A stretch of 64,000 nt of DNA from Bacteroidales bacterium (GTDB taxonomy: Bacteria; Bacteroidota; Bacteroidia; Bacteroidales; WCHB1-69): NCBI GenBank assembly GCA_017649855.1, contig JAGCGA010000012.1, positions 63,311-127,310 of the forward strand. The letters are read 5' to 3'. Shown in pieces: positions 28,238-36,772 of the stretch. Position numbers and translations under genes: made by a program. Each line of letters opens with the position of its first letter. Within the stretch, counting starts at the first letter, position 1. The notes under the pieces are model-generated. The model did no database searches. It saw only the letters and a list, made by a program, of their open reading frames with translations, and was not told the DNA's origin.

Positions 28238-29044
28238 TTAGTAGATGAAGGGGAAGACGCGCTTGAGGTGTTTGGCTTTCATCTCTTCGGGGAACTCAGC
28301 CTGGTAGCGTTTGTAGATGTTATGGGCTCTGGGTACGAGATTGGCGAAGGTCCACCAGAAGAAGACGAGGCCGGGCAGAGACCATGTCAGGATGGCGAAG
28401 CCGAGCCATTCCAAGAGCTCGCCCAGGTAATTGGCGCTGGTCACATACTCGAACAGGAAACCGCTAGGCAGGTAGTGTTTGGTGTCGTTCTCATCTTTCC
28501 GGAGATGGCGGATGATATAGTCGGAACGAAGGTTGACGATGAATCCGAAGAGGAAGATGCAGGTTCCGATGATGAAGTGGGGTGACCACAGCCATTCAAT
28601 GTCGGAATAAGAGAGACCGAAGACATGGTAATTGGAGTTGTAGGACTCAAAGAAAATCCAATAGCCTTGCATCATGGCGTTCAAGATGTTGAAGGCGATA
28701 CCCATGAACATGACGGCCAACGACATCTGGCTTTTGCCCTTCAGCATCCAGGGGAATATGATGGATCTTTGGAAGTAGTGAATCTCGAAGATGAGCAGAA
28801 ACACCATGGGGACGATGTCAAAACGGTGAGGCGAAGCCAGCCAGATGATGATCATGGCGAGGAAGATGGGAAATTCCATCAGGAACCAGGCCAGTTTGTT
28901 GTTGATGGTCTTGCCCCATCGGTTGTTCAAGAACATGCCGTAGCCGGCGTTGACGAAGTAGAGGGAAATGAAGACGACCACACCCATGGCGATCATGACC
29001 CAAAGATATATGTTAAAAGCTGAAGTGAAAAATTCAGGTGACAT
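28238..29044 (-). CDS. Steroid 5-alpha-reductase family protein (3-oxo-5-alpha-steroid 4-dehydrogenase)
   Basis: AGYG, AWFLME.P, HYFQRS, SDYIIRHLR, FEYVTSANYLGELLEWLG, ANLVPRA. Confidence 0.9.
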   Translation of the reverse strand: MSPEFFTSAFNIYLWVMIAMGVVVFISLYFVNAGYGMFLNNRWGKTINNKLAWFLMEFPIFLAMIIIWLASPHRFDIVPMVFLLIFEIHYFQRSIIFPWMLKGKSQMSLAVMFMGIAFNILNAMMQGYWIFFESYNSNYHVFGLSYSDIEWLWSPHFIIGTCIFLFGFIVNLRSDYIIRHLRKDENDTKHYLPSGFLFEYVTSANYLGELLEWLGFAILTWSLPGLVFFWWTFANLVPRAHNIYKRYQAEFPEEMKAKHLKRVFPFIY

Positions 29045-29065
29045 AATGATAAGGATTGATGGTTA

Positions 29066-30865
29066 TTATTGAATGGATAATTCGAAAGGCAGGCGGGCTT
29101 GAACTCCCTCCATACGGGCAATCTGTTCAAGGCCTTGATAGGTGAAGTAGAGATGTCCGAGTCGGGAGGCGATTTTGCCTTCGGTATCGTTCATGTTGTG
29201 GAAGAGGAGTTCAAAGAAGGTTTGCTCTTTGGGGTAATATTCGAGGGAGTAGTTGGAGATGTTAGCCAGTTCGGCAGCCTTGTTGATGGCGTCATCGATA
29301 GAGCCGAGTCGGTCCACGAGGCCGATCTTGATGGCATCGGCGCCAGCCCATACACGTCCTTGGCCGATGCTGTCCACTTGGGCAACTGTCATCTTGCGAC
29401 CGTTGGCCACGCGGGACAGGAAGGTGCCGTAAGTGCTTTCCACAGATTGTTGCATCACATCCAACTCCGCTTGGTTGAGGGTGCGCATGCCCGAGGCAAA
29501 GTCTGCATGGTCATGCGTCTTGGCCACATCCAGGGTGATGCCGAGGTTAGACTTGAGGGCATTTTCGAAGGAGGGTATCATGCCAAAGACGCCGATGGAA
29601 CCCGTGAGGGTGTTGGGTTGGGCGATGATGTAGTCTGAGTTGCAGGCGATATAGTAACCGCCGGAGGCTGCGTAGTCACCCATGGAGGTGACGATGATCT
29701 TGCCGGCTTTCTTGGCGGCTTCAATTTCTTGCCAGATGTTCTCGGAGGCTACAGCGCTGCCGCCGGGAGAGTTGATTCTCAATACGATAGCCTTTACTTT
29801 ATCGGACTTGTAGGCTTTTCGGAATGTCTTGATGAAACTATCGGAATAGATATTTCTGGATTCATCGCCTTTGCCGTCATAGATGCTGCCTGTGGCATAG
29901 ACAACGGCAATGCGGTCTTTTTGAGCTTTAGCTTCGGGGATGGAGGATTTGTATTTGGTGATGGATATAAAAGAAATATCTTCCTTGTCGCTGATATTCA
30001 ATGCTTTGCGCAGCATGGCTTCTGCGTCAGCCGTATAGGCGAGGCGGTCCACCAGCCCTTTGTCAAATGCGGTCTCGGCAAGATAGCCACTTAACTGGTT
30101 GGTGATCTGGTTGAGGGAGTCCAGGGATATCTTGCGGGCAGCGGCAATCTCATTGGCGATGGTATTCCAGAGAGTCCCTGCCAGGACATTCATCTGGGTG
30201 CGGTTGGCTTCGCTCATCTTGTCAAGGATATAGGGCTCGACGGCGCTTTTGAACTGGCCGTGGCGCACCACCTGCACGTCCACATTGAACTTGTCCAGCA
30301 GTCCTTTGTAGAACATCAGCTGGAAGGCATAGCCGCGGAGGTCAATGGAGCCGCAGGGGTTCAGCAGGATGCTATCGGCGACCGTTGCAATGTAATAGCC
30401 ATTTTGGCTATAGCTGTCGCTGAAGGCATAGATGAACTTGCCGGACTTCTTGAATTCTACCAGGGCGTCGTGGATCTCCTTGAGGCTGGCCGGGGATGCG
30501 GAAACACTGGAACTGTTGATGTAGATACCCTTGATCCTATGGTCACCGGCAGCATGTTTGATGGCTGCCAGAACATCGTTCAAGCCTAATTGACTGTTAT
30601 ATCCGTAATTGCTCAAGTTGAAAGGTATGTCAACAGCCCGTTCCGAGATGGGCTGGTTTAAGTCCAGTTTGAGCACACTGTTGGGCTGAACCTTGGTCGT
30701 GTCCTTGGAGGAAGCGGAGGCTAGGATGCCCAACACGAAAAGGATGTAGCACGCACTGATGATGATCATGGCAAGGACAAAGCCTACCATGGAACCCAGC
30801 ACGATGCGCCAGAATTTGCGGGCGCGGCTTTCGGGTTTGTTCTGAGATGGATTTTCGGTATTCAT
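29066..30865 (-). CDS. sppA: Signal peptide peptidase SppA (67 kDa type)
   Basis: FKSAVEPY, LRINSPGGSA, SMGDYAASGGYY, TGSIGVFG, GQGRVW. Confidence 0.96.
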   Translation of the reverse strand: MNTENPSQNKPESRARKFWRIVLGSMVGFVLAMIIISACYILFVLGILASASSKDTTKVQPNSVLKLDLNQPISERAVDIPFNLSNYGYNSQLGLNDVLAAIKHAAGDHRIKGIYINSSSVSASPASLKEIHDALVEFKKSGKFIYAFSDSYSQNGYYIATVADSILLNPCGSIDLRGYAFQLMFYKGLLDKFNVDVQVVRHGQFKSAVEPYILDKMSEANRTQMNVLAGTLWNTIANEIAAARKISLDSLNQITNQLSGYLAETAFDKGLVDRLAYTADAEAMLRKALNISDKEDISFISITKYKSSIPEAKAQKDRIAVVYATGSIYDGKGDESRNIYSDSFIKTFRKAYKSDKVKAIVLRINSPGGSAVASENIWQEIEAAKKAGKIIVTSMGDYAASGGYYIACNSDYIIAQPNTLTGSIGVFGMIPSFENALKSNLGITLDVAKTHDHADFASGMRTLNQAELDVMQQSVESTYGTFLSRVANGRKMTVAQVDSIGQGRVWAGADAIKIGLVDRLGSIDDAINKAAELANISNYSLEYYPKEQTFFELLFHNMNDTEGKIASRLGHLYFTYQGLEQIARMEGVQARLPFELSIQ

Positions 30866-30883
30866 AATGTGAACATTTAATAA

Positions 30884-32161
30884 TTATCTGAAAAAATGTC
30901 TTCGCTGACTATGACAACCGGCTTTGAAGAATGAGATGTATTCCAAAAAGATGTCGGTTGTATTATCCAGCGAGGGAAGGCTCAGCAGTTTGTTGAGGAT
31001 GTTGAGTTGGGCAATGTTGTGATAGGGTAGTGGGCAGTCGGTGTCGGGAACGCTTTGGTGAGGGATCCGGGCTGAGTCGGTGAAGCTGCCGGCAATCTCT
31101 TCCGGGAGAGCGGCGGGGATGAGGAGGTCAAAGGTAGAGTCCTGGCCATCCCAATGAGCTGTCTGGAGCATGGAGAAAGAGCAGTGTTCAGCCTGATGGA
31201 GAACATCTGACGGGATCTCTTGCCCTGTCCCGTTGAAAACTAGACAATGGGAAAAGTTATGGTTTTTCAGCGCTGTCGTCACATCGATAGGATCTGTGTG
31301 GACTGGCTGATGCCACAGTTGTTCAGATTGTTGGCGTAGTGCCTCGTCCCAGGCCTCACCGCCAACGGCGAGGGAGGGGAAGCATCCCATATCGTACAGC
31401 CCTTGTGCGTTAAGAGACGGCTTGATACAGAGGAACCCTGCGGCGGGTTTCGCTTGGATATCCAGTAACATACACAGATTCTCCAATTCAATGATGCCGC
31501 GGTTGTCCAAGAGGGGTTCCCACACCACGAAAGCAACGGTCTTGTCTTTTAACACCAAAGAGGTGAACGCTGCCACTTGAGCATCTGAGAGATTGTTCTG
31601 CGAGCGTAGCCGATCGTAGTCGTCGTTGAGCAGCTGGTTTTTGTAGGATTCGTAGTTCTTGCCCAGACCGTTCACATAGATGCCTTCCGCGAGGTCGTGC
31701 TGGATGAGGTATCGGTTGAGGCATCTGAAAAAGGCGGCATAGTCTTGAATGTGCAGATTCCCGGGTTCGTTGAACCGATATTGGGGGATCTCCTTCAGTG
31801 CCTCCAGCAACTGGGTGGTTGCGATGGCAGAGGGGGTGTTGGCATCTGGAGACCATGCTAGGAAGATGCGGGAGGAGCCTGCGATCTCGGCAAAGGGCAG
31901 GATGTCATTCTTGTCCAGGAAGAAGTCGGTGCCCTTGTGCAGGTACTCTAGCGAGGAAATGGCGTTGGTGTGAAGGCCGGTACGGGCTATGCGTTGGATG
32001 AGGTAAAGTTCCTCGTTGCTGTAATCACCGGAGACCATTACCAGGGTTTGGTTTGCTTTGGCCGACGAGCAGCGGGAGGCAACAATAGAATAGGCTTCCT
32101 CGAAGGAGATGGGACGATAGGTTCGTCCCTCTTTCAACATCGGTTGTAGCAATCGCGTCAT
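30884..32161 (-). CDS. Degenerate molybdopterin oxidoreductase-like (FdhF/NuoG C-terminal type) protein
   Basis: RLLQPML...ISFEEA, SNEELYLIQRIARTGLHTNAI, NAQGLYDMG, DLLIPA...E..GSFT. No N-terminal Fe-S cysteine motif. Confidence 0.7.
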   Translation of the reverse strand: MTRLLQPMLKEGRTYRPISFEEAYSIVASRCSSAKANQTLVMVSGDYSNEELYLIQRIARTGLHTNAISSLEYLHKGTDFFLDKNDILPFAEIAGSSRIFLAWSPDANTPSAIATTQLLEALKEIPQYRFNEPGNLHIQDYAAFFRCLNRYLIQHDLAEGIYVNGLGKNYESYKNQLLNDDYDRLRSQNNLSDAQVAAFTSLVLKDKTVAFVVWEPLLDNRGIIELENLCMLLDIQAKPAAGFLCIKPSLNAQGLYDMGCFPSLAVGGEAWDEALRQQSEQLWHQPVHTDPIDVTTALKNHNFSHCLVFNGTGQEIPSDVLHQAEHCSFSMLQTAHWDGQDSTFDLLIPAALPEEIAGSFTDSARIPHQSVPDTDCPLPYHNIAQLNILNKLLSLPSLDNTTDIFLEYISFFKAGCHSQRRHFFR

Positions 32162-32169
32162 CCAGGAGC

Positions 32170-32910
32170 TTATTTGGTGAGTACTTGAAATAGTTCCTCC
32201 ATGGCGGCAGCGTCAAGATGGTCAGTGCACTTGATACCTTTGGCCTTGGCCAGGTTGGGAAGATTCTTGACGGGTTCGTCGGCCACCAGCACGCCTTTGT
32301 TGATGATGACCACATGGTCGCACATGGCGCTCACCTCCTGCATGATATGCGTGGAGAGCAGCACGGTCTTGTCTTTTCCGTAGGTCTTGATCAGGGAGCG
32401 AATCTCCACCAGCTGGTTGGGGTCGAGGCCGGTGGTCGGTTCATCCAGGATGAGGACCTCCGGGTTGTGAATCAGGGCCTGGGCGATGCCAACGCGTTGT
32501 TTGTAGCCGCGCGACAGAGCGCCGATTTTCTTATGCTTTTCCGGGGTCAGACCGGTTTTTTCGATCATGTCTGCCACTTGGGCTTTCAGATTCTTGATAT
32601 GATAGATGCCGCCGGTGAATTCCAGAAATTCGCTCACATACATATCATAATATAAAGGATTGGCTTCTGACAGATAGCCAATTTTTTTCCTCAGTTCCAA
32701 GGAATCGCGCCAGATGTCCAGTCCGCACACTGACACTTCGCCGGAAGTGGGCGGGATGAGGCAGGTGATGATCTTCATCATGGTGGTCTTGCCGGCGCCA
32801 TTGGGGCCTAAGAATCCGACTATTTCGCCCTTTTTGGCTTCAAAACTAACATTGTTTAAGGCATATTGTTTTCCAAAAACTTTCGTTACGTTTTTTACTA
32901 CTATGGACAT
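32170..32910 (-). CDS. ABC transporter ATP-binding protein, GldA-like
   Basis: GFLGPNGAGKTT, LSRGYKQRVGIAQA, ILDEPTTGLDPNQLVEIR, LSTHIMQEV. Start set at ATG 32910. Confidence 0.88.
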   Translation of the reverse strand: MSIVVKNVTKVFGKQYALNNVSFEAKKGEIVGFLGPNGAGKTTMMKIITCLIPPTSGEVSVCGLDIWRDSLELRKKIGYLSEANPLYYDMYVSEFLEFTGGIYHIKNLKAQVADMIEKTGLTPEKHKKIGALSRGYKQRVGIAQALIHNPEVLILDEPTTGLDPNQLVEIRSLIKTYGKDKTVLLSTHIMQEVSAMCDHVVIINKGVLVADEPVKNLPNLAKAKGIKCTDHLDAAAMEELFQVLTK

Positions 32911-33113
32911 TCTATCAATTTTTGAAACAAACCGCAAAAATAAAAAAAATGTCCGTTTATGCAAGAATTAATCGGTTGTTAGCCGTTAGCCATTAGCTGG
33001 CATGTCAGTGAGAAGCAGAACTGAAGGGTAAAAACGTTGAAAATCGGCCTCATAGGTTGACAGTCTGCCGTCAGGTGTATAATTCCCTATTTTTTACTAT
33101 TTTTGCAGCCGAT

Positions 33114-34211
33114 ATGCATGGTTCAGAGCAAACGGACAATGCGCCCGATGTGCGCCGGTGGTACAAGCGGATTCCTCAACTCCTCTTGTTCGTGGGGCTG
33201 GGTGTCTTCTTTATCTGGCTTTCGCTGCGCCATCTGACGATTGAGGACAGAAAGTCCATCACCGCCGTCATTGGCTCTGTGAACACGCCTAAAGGTTGGC
33301 TTATGTTGGGCCTTGCTGCCTTTTTCGCTTTGTTGGCGGATTATTTCAGGGCTATGAGAGGGAAGATTCTGCTTCAGCCGCTTCATTATGAGGTGCGCAC
33401 CTCCATGATGTTCTATTCCGTGATGGTCTGCTTTATGGCGAACCTCGCCTTGCCACGTCTCGGTGAGGTGATGAGATGCTCGTTTTTGCAACGCTACGAG
33501 AAGGTGCCCTTCCAGAAATCTTTGGGCACGGTCATCACGGAGCGGGCGGTGGACTTGGTTTTTTGGCTTGTTATGTTTGTGCTGGCTATCTTGATCAACA
33601 CCGATTTGCTGAATAATCTGATTGTGGATGCAGATGCGGGTCTTACTGTTCGCCAATGGATGGAGGCCAAAGGACTGTCCCTGATTGGTAACCATCTGCT
33701 GCTGATCTTGATCGGTGTGGCTTTCCTTCTGGTGTTGGCGTTGTGGCTGACGCGGAAATGGTGGATGAAGAATCGTTTCTTCCTGAAGATATGGCATTTC
33801 TGCCAGGGTTTGTGGCAAGGTTTCATTTCTATCAAGGATCTGAAAAGACCTTGGCGGTACTGGTTCTGGACCGTGATGATGTGGGTGGCCTATTTCTTTG
33901 GCACATACATCTTTTTCTTTGCGATGCCTTGTCTGGCCAACGTCAGTCCCTCCGCCGGCTATTCCGTTTTGATATTCGGCACGATTGCCTTCATGGTGGC
34001 GCAGGGCGGCATCGGAGCCTACCCGCTGATTGTTGCAGGCGTGCTGCTGCTTTATGGCGTGGACTATACCAGCGGCCTCGCTGCCGGATGGGTGGGCTGG
34101 ATCTTGCAGACCGTTGTGGCCTTGGCCGGCGGCTTCGTCTCCCTGGTGCTGGCGTCGTTTGCCGACAAAAGAAACTCTTTAGTGATAACAGAAAATGATG
34201 AGCAGAAATGA
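33114..34211 (+). CDS. Lysylphosphatidylglycerol synthase TM domain / flippase-like protein
   Basis: [29 protein letters not shown], multiple TM helices. Start set at ATG 33114. Confidence 0.88.
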   Translation: MHGSEQTDNAPDVRRWYKRIPQLLLFVGLGVFFIWLSLRHLTIEDRKSITAVIGSVNTPKGWLMLGLAAFFALLADYFRAMRGKILLQPLHYEVRTSMMFYSVMVCFMANLALPRLGEVMRCSFLQRYEKVPFQKSLGTVITERAVDLVFWLVMFVLAILINTDLLNNLIVDADAGLTVRQWMEAKGLSLIGNHLLLILIGVAFLLVLALWLTRKWWMKNRFFLKIWHFCQGLWQGFISIKDLKRPWRYWFWTVMMWVAYFFGTYIFFFAMPCLANVSPSAGYSVLIFGTIAFMVAQGGIGAYPLIVAGVLLLYGVDYTSGLAAGWVGWILQTVVALAGGFVSLVLASFADKRNSLVITENDEQK

Positions 34212-34681
34212 TGGATAAGATACAACAGAAAATAGTGACGAAGGACTTCTTCGAGCAGCAGGCGGAAGCATTGCACCGGCAGAAGATCGTCTTCACCAAC
34301 GGCTGCTTCGATGTGTTGCACTATGGGCATGTCCACTATCTGGCGCAGGCCCGACAGTTGGGTGACCTTCTGGTGGTGGGCCTGAACAGCGATGCTTCGG
34401 TGCGCCGTCTGAAGGGAGAGAGTCGGCCGGTGAATCCCGAGCAGGCCCGAGCATTCGTGTTGGCCGCCTTGGAGATGGTGGACTATGTCTGTCTTTTTGA
34501 GGAGGACACCCCCTATGAGCTGATTGCCGCCGTGAAGCCTGATGTGCTGGTGAAAGGCGGGGATTATGCCGTGGACAATATTGTGGGCAGTGATATCGTT
34601 AAAGGCCGTGACGGAAAAGTGGTGGTGCTGCCTTTTGTAGAAGGATTTTCATCTTCATCGATTATAGAAAAATTGAAATAA
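34208..34681 (+). CDS. rfaE2: Heptose-1-phosphate adenylyltransferase (RfaE domain II / HldC-like)
   Basis: [43 protein letters not shown]. Confidence 0.92.
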   Translation: MMDKIQQKIVTKDFFEQQAEALHRQKIVFTNGCFDVLHYGHVHYLAQARQLGDLLVVGLNSDASVRRLKGESRPVNPEQARAFVLAALEMVDYVCLFEEDTPYELIAAVKPDVLVKGGDYAVDNIVGSDIVKGRDGKVVVLPFVEGFSSSSIIEKLK

Positions 34682-35781
34682 TGTTCAGAAATATAATAAT
34701 TTGGATATCGCTCAGCCTGCTGGCGTGTGTCAGTCTGTCAGCCCAGACATTGGATGTTACGGTGTTCTCCCAGAATATTGCCCTTCGCGACTCCGCGTCC
34801 CAGGGGGTGTCGCAAGACCATCAGCGGGTGGCGACCTATCCCACCGTCTCGGAAGTCTATCAGATTCCGTGCTATGACCTTTATGACCGGTATTGGGATG
34901 TGCATAACCTGCGCAGCCGCCTGTTGGAGATTCCTTTTTCCGATGACCGTCTGATGCTGATATTGGTCCAGTCCGAAAACAGCCCTTTTGAAATCCCTTG
35001 TGTGTATGATGATGTGGTGATGCGCTACGGCCCTACCAAGAAGGGTCTTTTCCATCCCGGCGTGGATTTGAAGGTTACGCCCCAGTCCCTTGTGAAGAGT
35101 TGTTTTGATGGCGTGGTCAGGATGGTTGCGGATTATGGGGACTATGGCTTGACCGTGGTGGTCCGTCACTATAATGGATTGGAAACGGTGTATGCCCATC
35201 TTGACAAAACCTGTGTGAAGCCGGGGCATATCGTCAAGGCAGGCGATGTGATTGGACAGGCGGGCCGTTCGGGTAACGCCCAAGATGACATTCTGCATTT
35301 TGAGGTCCGTTTCATGAATGAGAGTCTTGATCCGGAACATGTGATCAATTTTGAATACGAGTCCTTGGTGAAAAACACTTTGGTGTTGCAATCGTCGGAT
35401 TTTATCGAGGTGCCATTGAATCAATACAGCCTGAACGGTTCGACACCTCTTGCCCCCAAGGCTGCTGCACCGAAGGTAAACCCGGTCATGACCGAAAAGC
35501 CCAAACTGGAAGAGGCGCCCGTGATGTCCGTGAAGCCGGAGTCGGCTGCCGCTCCTGCCCAGCCGGAATCAAAGGTGTTTGATGAAGAGAAGTCGGAGAC
35601 TCGTGAAGCACCGGCGGTACCCCAGTCTGTGGAAGAGGCCGAGTATTATGTGGTCAAGAAGGGGGAGGGGCTCTACCGGATAGCCCTCAACCACAAGACA
35701 ACGGTTGACAAGCTGATAAAACTCAATAACATCAGCAATCCTGATCAGATTCAGGAGGGGCAGCGGTTACGGGTGCGATAA
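34681..35781 (+). CDS. M23 peptidase-domain protein with Pro/Glu/Ala linker and C-terminal LysM
   Basis: Signal peptide, HPGVD, RHYNGLETVYAHL, LHFEVR, LysM YVVKKGEGLYRIA...LNNI...GQRLRV. Confidence 0.9.
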   Translation: MFRNIIIWISLSLLACVSLSAQTLDVTVFSQNIALRDSASQGVSQDHQRVATYPTVSEVYQIPCYDLYDRYWDVHNLRSRLLEIPFSDDRLMLILVQSENSPFEIPCVYDDVVMRYGPTKKGLFHPGVDLKVTPQSLVKSCFDGVVRMVADYGDYGLTVVVRHYNGLETVYAHLDKTCVKPGHIVKAGDVIGQAGRSGNAQDDILHFEVRFMNESLDPEHVINFEYESLVKNTLVLQSSDFIEVPLNQYSLNGSTPLAPKAAAPKVNPVMTEKPKLEEAPVMSVKPESAAAPAQPESKVFDEEKSETREAPAVPQSVEEAEYYVVKKGEGLYRIALNHKTTVDKLIKLNNISNPDQIQEGQRLRVR

Positions 35782-35793
35782 TCTTTTAGGTGA

Positions 35794-36759
35794 TTACCAG
35801 CCAAAGGGATGCTTGACGGTAGGCTGTTTGGCTAGCGGGTGGTAGTCGCCTTTCAGACCCACCGGTGTGGCATTGCGAATGTCATAGACCGTCTGGATGC
35901 AGGAACGTACCTCGTCGAGGCCGAATCCTTCCCCAGCCAGTATCTTCTTGTAGCTTTCTGTATGAAGGTCTGTAAATCCCTGGCTAAACTCCAGCTGTTC
36001 GTTGCCGACGGTGATGGAGCGGTAGGTGCGTTGGCCTTGTTGTGCAACCTCGGCGGGCAGGGTCTCGCTGTTGATGCTGAGGAAGTAGCGCACGCGGGCG
36101 CGTTTCAGCCGCAGGAAGCCGGCCACACGGTCGTGGGTAGCCACATGGACAATGTTGTCTTCCACGGGTCCGAAGACATAGCTGAGCATGTCATAAAAGT
36201 GGATGCCGATGTTGGTGGCGATGCCGCCGCTCTTGTGCACATCCCCTTTCCAGGAGGCGTAGTACCAATAACCCCGCGAGGTGATGTAAGTCAGATCCAC
36301 GTCGTAGATTTTGTCGGGGTCGCCATGCTCGATCTCGTTCTTCAGGGCGATGACTGTGGGGTGGAGGCGCAACTGCAGAATGTTATAGATGCGATGTCCG
36401 GTTTCTTTTTCCACTTGGGCCAGTCCGTCCACATTCCAGGGGTTCAGCACCAGAGGTTTCTCGCAGATGACGTCAGTGCCCAAGCGCAAAGCGTAGCGCG
36501 TGTGGGAGTCGTGGAGATAGTTGGGGGTGCAGACAGCGACCATGTCGAGTTGCTGGTAGGTGTTTTTCAGTTTGGAGCAATGACGGTCGAAGAGCTCCAT
36601 CTCGGTGAAGAAGGAGGCGTCGGGAAAATAGCTGTCGATGATGCCGACGCTGTCAGACTTGTCGTAGGCGGCGATCATGCGATTGCCGGTGTCTGCGATG
36701 GCTTTGAGATGGCGCGGGGCAACGAAGCCTCCGACTCCTATAATGGCAAAATTCTTCAT
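35794..36759 (-). CDS. Gfo/Idh/MocA oxidoreductase, WbpB-like nucleotide-sugar 3-dehydrogenase
   Basis: KNFAIIG.GGFVAPRH, DSVGIIDSYFP, PNYLHD, CEKPLVLNPWN, LQLRLH, SGGIATNIGIHFYD, FTDLHT. Start set at ATG 36759. Confidence 0.9.
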   Translation of the reverse strand: MKNFAIIGVGGFVAPRHLKAIADTGNRMIAAYDKSDSVGIIDSYFPDASFFTEMELFDRHCSKLKNTYQQLDMVAVCTPNYLHDSHTRYALRLGTDVICEKPLVLNPWNVDGLAQVEKETGHRIYNILQLRLHPTVIALKNEIEHGDPDKIYDVDLTYITSRGYWYYASWKGDVHKSGGIATNIGIHFYDMLSYVFGPVEDNIVHVATHDRVAGFLRLKRARVRYFLSINSETLPAEVAQQGQRTYRSITVGNEQLEFSQGFTDLHTESYKKILAGEGFGLDEVRSCIQTVYDIRNATPVGLKGDYHPLAKQPTVKHPFGW

Positions 36760-36772
36760 ATACTGTTCAATC

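Noticed and set aside
30884-32170. Selenocysteine readthrough or frameshift restoring a formate dehydrogenase
   Set aside because: There is no in-frame TGA, and the upstream sequence is the ABC ATPase gene rather than an Fe-S domain.
32978-32998. Heptamer repeat GTTAGCC-GTTAGCC-ATTAGCT
   Set aside because: Only three imperfect copies in an intergenic spacer; not seen elsewhere in the window.
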